A DNA stretch of 64,000 bases from Podarcis erhardii (lineage: Eukaryota): NCBI GenBank assembly GCA_964252035.1, contig OZ176206.1; one strand, given 5' to 3'. The notes below the pieces were generated by a model that did no database searches, was not told the DNA's origin, and saw only the letters and a program-made list of their open reading frames with translations. Positions 46,386-57,759 of this stretch are shown in pieces. The position numbers and the translations under genes are program-made. Each line of letters begins with the position of its first letter. The first letter of the stretch is position 1.

Positions 46386-49300
46386 ATGTCTCTGCAACTC
46401 TTCAGCTGGAACTGCAATGGTTTGAACCACCCTCGAAAAAGGGCTCAAGTATTTCATTTATTAAAGAAGGAACATCTAGACGTAATCTGTTTACAAGAAA
46501 CTCACATTGCCAGGATACATAGAAAACTTTTAACAAACAAGAGATTAGGACAAGAATTTATATCATCAGATAGAGTCAAGAAAAGAGGAGTTGTGATTTA
46601 TGTCAAGGAAAAATTTGAACCAAAATTGATCTTTAAGGATGACCAAGGAAGATACCTGGCAGTGGAAATCCAAATTTATGGAGAAAAAATATTGATTGTC
46701 GGAGTTTATGCACCAAATGAGGGGAAGGCTGAATTCTTTAAGAAGTTGCATGAGACTTTAATGGACTTTTTGGACTTTAAAATTATAATGATGGGTGACA
46801 TGAATGGAGTCGTCTCTACAAACATGGATAAGGCCCAAAGACAAACAATATCTAATGACGGAAGACTACCAAAGACTTTTTTTGACCTGACTGACACTAT
46901 GGATCTGATCGATATTTGGAGAACTAGGAACCCTCTGGAAAGGGAGGGGACTTTCTTCTCTGAAGCAAAAATGACATGGACTAGAATTGATCAAATATGG
47001 ATTTCTAGTAATCTGGCATCAAAGGTTAAAAAAACAGAAATCTGCCCAAAGACCTGCTCTGACCATAACGCTGTCAAGATGGAAATGAAACTGACAACAG
47101 CTGGAACCTTTAGATGGAGAATGAATGACACTCTCTTTGGAGATGGGGAAATTTGCAAAAAGGCCCAAGAAACACTTAAAGACTACTTCGAGATCAATTT
47201 GAGATCAGACACAGAAAAAAGAATCATTTGGGACGCAAGTAAAGCCGTGATGCGTGGCTTCCTAATACAACAGAATTCAATAAAGAGGAAAAAGCAGAAT
47301 GAGAAGAAAGAGAAAATTTGGAATCTAATAAAAGAAGGGGAGAAGAAATTGAGATCTAAGCCTAAATCCCAGGAGATATTAAGAGAAATAAAATTCTATC
47401 AGACACAATATATGGAATTGACGAACCAGGAAATAGAATGGAAAATTAAACAAATGAGACAAAAGACTTTTGAATCTGCAGATAAATGTGGGAAGCTACT
47501 GTCTTGGCAACTGAAAAAGAGACAAAAATTGAACACAGTGACATCACTCGAAGTAGATGGGAAGTCTATTAATAAACCAAATGAGATAAGTAATTGTTTT
47601 CAAAGTTTTTTTAAGAAATTATACAAACAAGGGCCAAAAAATGAACAGGAGATAGAAGAATTTATTGGAAAATACGGACTATCAAAAATCTCTGAAAACA
47701 ACAGAAGGAGTTTAAACGAGAAAATTACAGACCAAGAAATAGAGAGTGCCATCCAGGATATGAAGCTGGGAAAATCACCAGGACCAGATGGATTAACTGC
47801 GAGATATTATAAAGTATTGAAGGATTGGTTAATACAACCATTGAAAGAAGTCTGCAACCAAATTTTGGAGGGGAAAAAGGCTCCCGAATCGTGGAAGGAA
47901 GCATTCATCTCACTTATACCAAAGACAGAAACTGAGAAACATCAAGTCAAGAATTACCGCCCTATATCACTTTTGAATGTGGATTATAAAATTTTTGCAG
48001 ACATTCTAGCAAAAAGATTCAAAAAAGTGCTGTTAGAGGAGATTCACAGGGACCAAACAGGCTTTCTACCAGGCAGGCATTTGTCAGACAATGTGAGGAA
48101 TATTATAGATATTCTAGAACTTTTGGAAACTGACATAAATAGAAAAGCTGTTTTGATTTTTGTGGATGCAGAGAAAGCCTTTGACAATATTTGTTGGAGT
48201 TTTATGAAGAGGAATCTCCAAGGAATGGGGGTAGGCAAGAACTTTGAAAATGGTATAAGTGCAATTTATTCTGAGCAAAAGGCCAAACTTATTGTAAATG
48301 GTATGGTTATGGATGAAATTCCAATAGAGAAAGGGACACGACAGGGATGCCCAATTTCCCCTCTATTGTTTATATCGGTACTGGAGGTTTTCCTTAACAT
48401 GATTAGAAGAGACCAGCTGGTTAAAGGTATACAGGTCGGAACTAAACATTATAAGCTAAGAGCATTTGCAGATGACCTAGTTTTGACACTACAACAGCCA
48501 GAAACTAGCACAAAAAGAGTTTTGGAACTTATTGAAATATTTGGTCAGGTAGCAGGTTTTAAATTGAATAAACACAAGACAAAGGTGTTGGAAAAAAATC
48601 TCACGGTGGGGGAAAAAGATAGTTTTCAAAGAGAAACGGGTTTGGAAATTACTAAAAAGGTAAAATATCTGGGGGTGAACTTAACATCTAAGAATGTGAA
48701 TCTATTTAAAGATAATTATGAGAAATGCTGGGCTGAAGTGAAGAAAGATTTCGATATATGGTCAAGATTGAGACTTTCCTTGTTAGGCCGAATTGCTGTA
48801 ATTAAGATGAATGTATTGCCGAGATTGTTGTTTTTGTTCCAGACATTGCAAATTTTAGATAAGATGGACTGTTTCAAGAAGTGGCAGAAAGATATATCTA
48901 AATTTGTCTGGCAGGGCAAAAAACCCAGAATTAAATTCAAGATTTTGACTGATGCAAAGGATAGAGGGGGCTTTGCCCTGCCGGACTTAAAACTTTATTA
49001 TGAAGCAGCAGCTTTTTGCTGGCTGAAACCATGGCTACTTCTTGAGAATACAGATATTCTGGACTTGGAAGGTTATGATAATAGTTTTGGTTGGCATGCA
49101 TATTTATGGTATGACAAGGTAAAGGTACACAGAAATTTTAAAAATCATATTATTAGGAAAGCATTGTATAATGTATGGAATCGATATAAAGATTTGTTTG
49201 AAAGTAAAACCCCCAGGTGGCTGTCACCAATGGAAGCTAAGGCGGTAAAAAGATTGAACATGGATACAGACTGGCCAAAATATTGTGAAATTATAGAATA

Positions 49301-50123
49301 TGATGGTGAAAAGTTGAAACTACAGAGTTTTGAGAAATTGAAACCTAAAGTCCGAGACTGGTTACATTATTACCAGATTAATGAAACTTTTAAGCAGGAC
49401 AGAAAACTAGGATTTCAGAAGGAGAGATCAAAGTTAGAAACAGAATTGCTAGAACCCAATACTAAGAATTTGTCTAGAATGTATAATCTGCTGCTAAAAT
49501 GGAACACACAAGATGAAACGGTTAAATCAGCCATGATTAAGTGGGCACAAGATATTGGTCATGATATTATGTTTGCTGACTGGGAGCAGTTATGGACCAC
49601 AGGTATTAAATTTACGGCATGTAGTGCCCTGAAAGAGAACATAATGAAAATGATCTATAGGTGGTACATGACCCCAGTCAAGCTTGCAAAGATATATCAT
49701 TTGCCCAATAACAACTGTTGGAAGTGTAATGAATGTGAAGGAACTTTTTATCACCTTTGGTGGACCTGCCCAAAGATTAAGGCCTACTGGGAAATGATCT
49801 ATAATGAAATTAAGAAAATCCTTAAGTGGACATTTGTAAAGAAACCGGAGGCTTTTCTCTTGGGCATGGTCGGCCAATTGGTACCAAAGAAAGATAGGAC
49901 CTTTTTTATGTACGCAACAACAGCAGCAAGAATCCTTTTGGCGAAGTATTGGAAGACTAAAGAATTACCTACTCTGGAAGAATGGCAGACCAAGGTGACT
50001 GAATTTATGGGACTGGCAGAGATGACCGGCAGAATCCGTGACCAGAAGAAAGAGACAGTGGAGGAGGACTGGAAAAAATTTAAAATCTATCTTAAAAATT
50101 GTTGTAAAATTTTGGAATGTTAA
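46386..50123 (+). CDS. L1 ORF2p (1245 aa; APE endonuclease + reverse transcriptase + C-terminal Cys/His knuckle)
   Basis: EN motifs SWNCNG, LQETH, VYAPN, GDMN, RIDQ, SDH. RT motifs YRPISLLN, DAEKAFD, GTRQGCP, FADD. C-terminal CWKC..H..C. No stops or frameshifts. Confidence 0.96.
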   Translation: MSLQLFSWNCNGLNHPRKRAQVFHLLKKEHLDVICLQETHIARIHRKLLTNKRLGQEFISSDRVKKRGVVIYVKEKFEPKLIFKDDQGRYLAVEIQIYGEKILIVGVYAPNEGKAEFFKKLHETLMDFLDFKIIMMGDMNGVVSTNMDKAQRQTISNDGRLPKTFFDLTDTMDLIDIWRTRNPLEREGTFFSEAKMTWTRIDQIWISSNLASKVKKTEICPKTCSDHNAVKMEMKLTTAGTFRWRMNDTLFGDGEICKKAQETLKDYFEINLRSDTEKRIIWDASKAVMRGFLIQQNSIKRKKQNEKKEKIWNLIKEGEKKLRSKPKSQEILREIKFYQTQYMELTNQEIEWKIKQMRQKTFESADKCGKLLSWQLKKRQKLNTVTSLEVDGKSINKPNEISNCFQSFFKKLYKQGPKNEQEIEEFIGKYGLSKISENNRRSLNEKITDQEIESAIQDMKLGKSPGPDGLTARYYKVLKDWLIQPLKEVCNQILEGKKAPESWKEAFISLIPKTETEKHQVKNYRPISLLNVDYKIFADILAKRFKKVLLEEIHRDQTGFLPGRHLSDNVRNIIDILELLETDINRKAVLIFVDAEKAFDNICWSFMKRNLQGMGVGKNFENGISAIYSEQKAKLIVNGMVMDEIPIEKGTRQGCPISPLLFISVLEVFLNMIRRDQLVKGIQVGTKHYKLRAFADDLVLTLQQPETSTKRVLELIEIFGQVAGFKLNKHKTKVLEKNLTVGEKDSFQRETGLEITKKVKYLGVNLTSKNVNLFKDNYEKCWAEVKKDFDIWSRLRLSLLGRIAVIKMNVLPRLLFLFQTLQILDKMDCFKKWQKDISKFVWQGKKPRIKFKILTDAKDRGGFALPDLKLYYEAAAFCWLKPWLLLENTDILDLEGYDNSFGWHAYLWYDKVKVHRNFKNHIIRKALYNVWNRYKDLFESKTPRWLSPMEAKAVKRLNMDTDWPKYCEIIEYDGEKLKLQSFEKLKPKVRDWLHYYQINETFKQDRKLGFQKERSKLETELLEPNTKNLSRMYNLLLKWNTQDETVKSAMIKWAQDIGHDIMFADWEQLWTTGIKFTACSALKENIMKMIYRWYMTPVKLAKIYHLPNNNCWKCNECEGTFYHLWWTCPKIKAYWEMIYNEIKKILKWTFVKKPEAFLLGMVGQLVPKKDRTFFMYATTAARILLAKYWKTKELPTLEEWQTKVTEFMGLAEMTGRIRDQKKETVEEDWKKFKIYLKNCCKILEC

Positions 50124-50487
50124 GATGTCAGGGGATTGGACACTAAGAATTACAGCTATAAATCGAAATTTATAAAGCAGAAACTCTTTTTAAAGAGAAT
50201 TAAATATAAAAATGGGATGAAGAATTGCTAAAAATTTTGAAATTTGGATGCAGTGAAGGGGAGGTTTGGGGAAGTCGCATTATGTTTGTTTTGTTTTTTC
50301 TTTATGTTGTAAAATCAATAAAAATTATTATAAAAAAAAAAAAAAAAAGAGCAGTTCAAAGAAACAGTGGCCTTAGTTCAATTGTAAAAAAAAAAAGGGG
50401 GGTTCCTTTCCCCCACCATCAGAAGCAGGCTCTGGTCACTGGGCTGCTGTTGGGGCAAATGGTATTTCAACAGAAGCATTTCAATTA

Positions 50488-50729
50488 CAGTGGTACCTCG
50501 GGTTACATACACTTCAGATTACATACGCTTCAGGTTACAGACTCCGCTAACCCAGAAATAGTACCTCGGGTTAAGAACTTTGCTTCAGGATGAGAACAGA
50601 AATTGTGCTCCGGCGGCGCAGCGGCAGCTGGAGGCCCCATTAGCTAAAGTGGTGCTTCAGGTTAAGCACAGTTTCAGGTTAAGAATGGACCTCCTGAACG
50701 AATTAAGTACTTAACCCGAGGTACCACTG
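50488..50729 (+). mobile_element. Tc1/mariner (Tigger/pogo-like) MITE
   Basis: Same TIR, TA TSD, 242 bp. Confidence 0.85.
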
Positions 50730-52645
50730 TATTGTTTCTAACTAGTTACCCTGTATTCAATAACTGATGTTTTGAAATTCTGTAAGCCACCTTGAATCCC
50801 AGCTTGGGGAGAAGGTGGGCTAGAAACATATTAAGGGGTGCAATACGTCCTACACAGAAGCACCGGCCTGGCCTGCAGGCTCTATGCCAGCAATCTGGCT
50901 AGTGCCAAGGGTCCTTTGGCACTTGGCTGATGGGACTGAGCAATTAAGTCCCTCAGGAGGCAGGTGGGGGCTCTCCCTCCTCTGCCCCACAGCTCTGCTG
51001 TTCCCTGGAGTCAGGGTGGAGAGCAATAGGTGAGGGGGCTTCTGCCAGCAAGTTATTCCTACCTCCTTCCTGGCCTGCAGTGAACTGTGGGTGGGTACCC
51101 CCCAAACAGCCGCAGTGCCTGGAAGGAGCCCCTGACAGATGCACTGTCAAGGTGGAGAAACGGCGGAAAATATGTCTAAGCGTTTCAAGGGCTGGATTGG
51201 ATGACCACTTGGGGACACTTTCCAACTCTAGCATTCTGTGATTCTATGCATGTGCCAACCTGAGCTCCAGCCCAAGGGGGGTTTTATGCCACAGTGAATT
51301 CTGCAAGGCTTACAGCCACACCGTATGGCTCTTTGCAGCACCAGCCTAACCCAGCTTCTCCCTCTGCATTGCTCCATGTCTGCTAGTAAAAAAAGAAGGG
51401 AGGGGGGCAAATACTATAGAATGGTGCTCCCCAAGGCGCCCTGTAAGCAGCCATTTGGTGTGCAGCAAATTTCCACTTTCTCCTTCCTTGGCATGGACGT
51501 TTCCCAGAGGTCAGGCAGAAAGAGAGAGAGAGAGAGAAAGGCAACTTGTGGCAAAGACATCCAGGCTTATTAGCATAGAGGGAACAGAAAACCTTTTATT
51601 TCCCACCCGCTGAAGGAGGCCCAGGAAGAAGAAAAGCTGGGAGAGGACTGGAAGGAAACAAGCAAAGGCTGTCTGTCTCCCCCCTCCCTCCCTCCCTGCC
51701 CTGCCCACTTGAAATGCCAGGCACAGGGTGGCAGCAGCAGCATTGGGGAAGGAGAACAGTATTTCAGAGGCAGAAGGGCCTTGACCCCTTCCCTGCTGGA
51801 CCTTCCAGCAGAACAAAGCCCTTGGTCCATTTTTGCTTCTGGCCAAGGTGGGAGCAGTGCCAGGGCCCAAGTGAGGGAGGGGCATGCGGCACCAGAATTT
51901 GCTGGCAAACATTTCCATTGCTACATTTATTCTAAGCCAGGGGGGCCAACGTGGCACCCTCCAGAACTCTCCGGACTCCGATTTCCAGCATCCAATGGGG
52001 GCTGGTGGACCTGGCAGGGCACCTGGGCAGAGCCTAGGAGGTTACGTGGGCATGGCCTAGGAGGTGGCTCCTTCTGAGTTGCCCATCCTCTTCGCTTGCA
52101 AATAAACGGCAGACACTTAAGCAGTCCAGTTGTGCAAATACTTAACACCTAAACTGTCCAGCCTCAGTTTGGAAGGGGTCCATGCTAACACACTTCCTTC
52201 TCTGCCATCACATTAAAAACCACCATAATTAAATTAAGAAGAAGTTCTGGAAGGCATTGTGAAATGTAGAACAATGGCCTATAAATGTTCAACTGAAAGA
52301 TGCTTTGAGAACACCCAAAGAATGGCTTACTAACAATTTGAAGACAACAGTTTGTGGACACTGGCAAAAAAACAATGTGCAGAAGGCAGCAAACACACCT
52401 TATGGCCATGTGTGGACACCCCGCTCACAAGGAGAAGCTCTTTGCACCTCTCCTCTGCCCAGGAGGGGAACGAGGGCAGAGCCCTAACTTGGTGCTCAGT
52501 GAAATGCGGTTGTGTTCAAGGAGGTTGGATGCAGGAATGGAATTGAGGAAGCAGGGGCTGAACAGGAAAAGAAATTGTCTTGCATTGCATTGCAGGTTAT
52601 GGAAGGGAGATTTTCTGGGGCTTTTTGTGGGTGCCATAGGAGATA

Positions 52646-52871
52646 CAGTGGTACCTTGGGTTAAGTACTTAATTCGTTCCGGAGGTCCTTTCTTAACCTG
52701 AAACTGTTTTTAACCTGAAGCACCACTTTAGCTAATGGGGCCTCCTGCTGCTGCCACGCCGCCAAAGCACGATTTCTGTGCTCGTCCTGAAGCAAAGTTC
52801 TTAACCCGAGGTACTATTTCTGGGCTAGCGGAGTCTGTAACCTGAAGCGTATGTAACCCGGGGTACCACTG
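52646..52871 (-). mobile_element. Tc1/mariner (Tigger/pogo-like) MITE, opposite orientation
   Basis: Reverse complement of the other copies, TA TSD. Confidence 0.85.
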
Positions 52872-55199
52872 TACTGGTATTGGAGTCGGATTCAAATATT
52901 TGCTCACCCATGAATTCTCAGGCCACGCTCCTTTTGCCACCCCCAAGACTGATACCTGTACATTACTCTGCACCCTGAGTCATGTAGCAGAAGGCATGGA
53001 GGGTATAGCTTTATCACTAGCTCTAGAGTTTGCCCGGCTTGCTTTTGGTCTCACATCGTTCTTCCGTCCATAATCTGCTTGGCTTCCCTGATGCAAAACT
53101 ACCCGATGTTGTCTGAGGAGGGTTACATAACTGCCACCCACAACCTGCAATCCAAGTCAGACGTTGGCTGAGGCACGGGGCGGATGCCCTGTGGACAGCC
53201 AGGTCTCCTGGGAGGAAGAGGAGGAGCCCCTGGTGAGGCTGACCGCTTGCCCCCATGGCCCTCACAGCTTCTGCAAGTGGAAACCAAACGCTGCAAAACA
53301 GAAGGACACAGACACACGCATACACACTTACCGAGCAAGTTAAAAATAAATGGAAAATTTATTTCTGCATCACATGCCAACTCCTGAGATAGAGAGCGAG
53401 GCTCCTTACAGAACCGGAAGCTGGAAATGGCATCGAGCCCTGAGATTCCATCCTCGGGGCTACAGCTGCCTCAAACTCGCTTGGCACTGATCTCTGGGGC
53501 AGACAGCAGGAGTGGCAGAGACTCTGTGCGGGTGGCTCAATGTGTACAAGAGACACCACGCATACGGAAGGAACAGTGGAACAGTTGAGGGATAAGAAGA
53601 AACATAGTTGTTTGAGATAATTAATATATTCAAATGAATAAATGCTAGTGGAGATGCCTTTTTTGGGGTGGCGGGGGTGAAGAAATAGTTCTTGATGGCC
53701 TCACATTTTTGTGCAGAGGCTCCCCTTGTAGCTCAGGGGCCAGCAGGCGTCTTCCTGCCATCAGGACTTTGCTGTCATGCAGAAACAGCCACGACGGAAG
53801 AAGGCCCTGTACATCACTAGTCACTGCACAACACATGGAAGATGCCACTGCCAGATCTCTGCAGGACTTGACTCTTCACATGTTTTTGCAGGATCTGGGC
53901 TCAGGTCTTGAAGGCTGAGGGGTGGGGTGGCCCTCAGGGGAGAGATTTGGGTTTATAGTCTTTCACCCATCAGGGCCTAGGGGGGTGGTTTTTGTGGATC
54001 AAAGTCTTCTATTTCCCCCTTTTCTAGGGAGACAGCATTGCTATGTGAGTGCTTTTTCCAAAGCCCAGCCTTTGCAGAAGAGAAGGAAACACTCTGCTTC
54101 ACAGAGGGAGGTCCTTTTACGGAGCAACACAGAGGGGAGAAGGGGCAGAAGGCAAGGGAAACAAGAACTGGGATGTGTGACAAAGAGCAGAAGCCTAAGA
54201 GAAGCCTCTCCCACTCCCTTCACTGCCCAGCTGCAACACAACAGCCCTATGGTGTTGCCAATCTCTGATAATTGTTGCCACCACCCTCCCACTTAGTGTG
54301 GCAGCCGAGAGGGGAGGGGACCAAGGATGCACCAAAGCAATTACTTTTAAAGAGGCCATTCCTATAACCAGCTGCACAAAGGCAGAACTGCATGCAGGAG
54401 AAAGCTTTTCGCATTCCTGGATTGCCATCTTTCGAAACGACACTCTCCCCACTCCTACCAGGCAAGACCTTTTTTCTTCCTTCCTTTGTCCTATCTGGAG
54501 GAATGGGTGTGTGTCTTTCTTTTTCAAGTCAAAGTTTGGCTGTGTGTTTAAGGTACTGTGCTTCCTCCAAGAAGCGTGTTTCTTCCATCAGAACATCAGA
54601 AGAGCCCAATGGCCCATCTTATTCAGCGTCACAAAGGCCAGCAGGATTCGAGCACAAGGGCTCTCCCTCCCTCCTGAGATTTCCCACAACTGGTATTCAG
54701 AAGCATTGCTGCCTCCAACTCTGGAGGCACAGCATAGCCATCCTGACTAGCAGTCCCTGTTAGCCTTGTTTTGCCATGAATGTGCCTAGTCCTCTTTTAA
54801 AGCCATCTAAGTTGGTGGTGTCTGCTTGCAGTTTCCACTGGAAGCCAGGGAGGGAGAGAAGGAATGTTGATGTGTGGGACAGAAATAGCTGGGTGGAATC
54901 AGAAGAGAGCTGAAGACATTAAGCCACATACAGGACATGCCAGCGGTTTTTCAGCTGGCCAGCAGGCGCCCTTGGTGGGTGGGTGGGTCAAGGGGAGGTC
55001 CCACTTTTATATGCAAACTCTGTTTGGTCACAAGGAAGAAGCAGAGGAGAAAGCCAAGGCTGAGCAAGAGCAAAATTTGCAGCCGTTTCCTGCCATTTGC
55101 CTACCAGCAGAAACCAGGAAGGTTAGGCCTGAACCCAAGTCCTTTGACATGTTTACATTCTGCATGTGCTAGAACGCGCTGTTGCAGCCTTCCAACTCC

Positions 55200-55450
55200 A
55201 GCATAGGAACCATGTGGCCCTCCAGAGGCTCTTGGACTCCCAACTATCAGAGATAATGGGAGCTGGCAGTGCTTTTTTTCAGGGGGAACTCACAGAAACT
55301 CAGTTCTGGCACCTTTCAGGTGGGTTCCAACACCTCTCCATTGCCATTCTAAGAGAACAAGAGAGGTGTTCATGGTGATTTCCAGCACCTCTTTTTCTAG
55401 AAAAATAGCACGGGGCATTGAACAAGGTCAGAAGGGCCACAGGTTCCCAT
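55200..55450. mobile_element. Nested hAT-like MITEs
   Basis: Outer element ggaaccatgtggccctccag...gagggccacaggttcc. Inner element cagtgctttttttc...gaaaaatagcacgg. Outer-type fragments also at about 6350-6470, 26290-26370 and 58480-58540. Confidence 0.5.
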
Positions 55451-57759
55451 TGTCTTTCGCTTTTATTTGTTTGAAAACTTAAGGAGTCTGTTGCCTGCTC
55501 AGCTAACTAAGGCCTACATCGTAACAATTCATCTCTTTCATTAACTTACAGGAACAAACAATCTGAAAAGTTTGCAAAAATAAATGCCAGGATTATCCAT
55601 GGTCACATGAAAACTGAACATGTCCTCTTCACATTCTACATATAAATTCTCCCACTTGAATCTGCTGAGACAAAGCAAAGGGAGCAAAGCTTTGCCATAG
55701 CTGTCGATGCCCTTGGCTGTTGTAGACCAACAGAAAAAACCCTCGAAGGTTGGTCTTTCCAGGGAACAAGAGGAAAACTGATCATCAGTCTGTGCCCAAT
55801 GAAAAACTGCAAGCATTTGAAGAGAATCACTGTCAGCAGGGGGACTGTGGCATTTGTTGTTTAAATATAACCCTAGACGGACTCTTCAGTCCTCTTCAGA
55901 TCTATTTTGTTTGTAATAAGAAAATGTATAGACCAGGTATCTTCAACCTTTTCAGACCCAGAACCCACTCTGGAGCTAAACATGTATTTGGGGACCCATT
56001 TCTTAATATTTGACCATATATTTGTATGCAACGTTCTGAGGCTTGACAACAGTAGGCTATAGGAACAGTATCTTTGGGAGAGCAACAGGACTGCCAAAGC
56101 CTCTGACACGTATCTAAGCACATGCAGAGCTCCATTATACTCTGGAACTCCATGCCTATTGACACGAGGCAGGAGCTTTCACAGTACGCTTTTCGGCACC
56201 TGCTGAATTTTTTTTTGCTTAGGTAAGCCTGTCCAGGCATGTAGAATGTTGATGCATGTTTTTAGTTTATTGCTGATTTATTTATTTATGGAATTTTTGA
56301 AAAGGTCGTTTTTACTGATAATTTTAATGTTTTATTTTCATTATAAACTGCTTTGAGGTTTTTTACAATCAAGTGGTGCATAAATTTTATCAAGTAAATA
56401 AACAAGTGAATAGAAAACACCATAGATAGAAAGCAGACGTGTACTCCTGATGGCACACAGGGCTCAACTACACTGTCCTGTGATTTGTAGGCAGGGGGTC
56501 TGAGAGGTTTTTCCTTTGTTCCACAGCTTTCCCCAGGAAAACCTGTGGTTTATTGCTGAATGGGAATGAGCATCAACTGGGTTTTCTGCGGCTTGACTTT
56601 GTTCTGATTCAGCGTTAAGTCATGGGTTTTCCCAAGGAAAGCAATGGGACAAAAGAAAACCTTTCAGACCCCTGCCTAGAAACCAAACAGAATTGTGGGG
56701 CAAAGGGAAGTGTGGATGATCCTAGAGTCTCTCACTGTATAAAGATTGTCCTCCTTTCATAGCCAGCTGTGTATGTTTTCTGTCAGGAAATGGTGGTCCT
56801 AAAGCAAATGGATTTCCATTAGAAGTGAAGGGCTGGTGAGCACAGACCCTCAGTGAATCCAAGAACGCCTTTTAAAGAGACCAGGTCCAGATTCCTCTCC
56901 TCCCAAAGACCTTCTGTCATTCCCAAGGTGAAGCCTCTGAGCTTTTGTGTTGTGCGTTCCGCAATAGAGGCATCCCCCATGTCCAAACACTCATTTAGCA
57001 CTGAAACTTTTCTCCCGCTCTGCATTCCAATCAGCGAAGAATTGCCTGATACACACAGGCTTTCTGCAGGAGCCAAGGACAAACCCAGGTCATGAAGAGA
57101 GCTAGCATAGGCGTCCTGCCCTACACTGCTGCAAGTGCATGAAACGCATTGGATGGATCAGTCCCAGGCTGAGATCTGAATCTGAAGGGCTTGGCTGGGC
57201 ATGAAGCAACCACATTACGTTCTTATTCTGGTGAACAACTGGAATCGGAGGAAAGAATAGGCCCCCCAAAAAACCAACTTTGGACAGTTTTTTGCACTCG
57301 GAAGGGATTTCACAGCATCTCCTACCCAAAGTCAACAAACGTTTTAAAGCATATGAATGAGGAAGTGCCAGTGCCACTTGGGTACCTGATATCTGCGCCC
57401 CTATCAACAGCCTGCGGGGCTTATGCTAGAAATTCTGCTTTCTCCTGCTTTATTCAAACAGGGCAAGGACGCCCTCTGGTGAGCATGATGCACGTCAGCA
57501 GTGCTCTGAGGAGAACCAAGGGACCATTTGGGATGCTCTCGTGGACCTGCCCTACCTTTGCACAACACACACTAGGAATCACACTGAATTTTAGAGTTGT
57601 AAGGGACCAGCAGCCCTCCTGCTCCTGTGCATTCCCAAAATCTTCTCTGGGAGGTCTCTCAACCCTGCAGAGCTGATTTGGAGGGTGCAGAGGAGAGGAG
57701 GAGAAAGATCCCGTCATACATGTACCCTTCCTATATACCAGGCAGGAGACGCAGTGGGA

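Larger units (their letters stand above)
44433..50347 (+). mobile_element. Full-length L1-clade LINE, apparently intact
   Basis: CpG-rich 5'UTR of about 916 nt, ORF1, 5-nt spacer, ORF2, 3'UTR, AATAAA, polyA (50332-50348). Perfect 18-bp TSD agagcagttcaaagaaac at 44415-44432 and 50348-50365. Confidence 0.96.
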
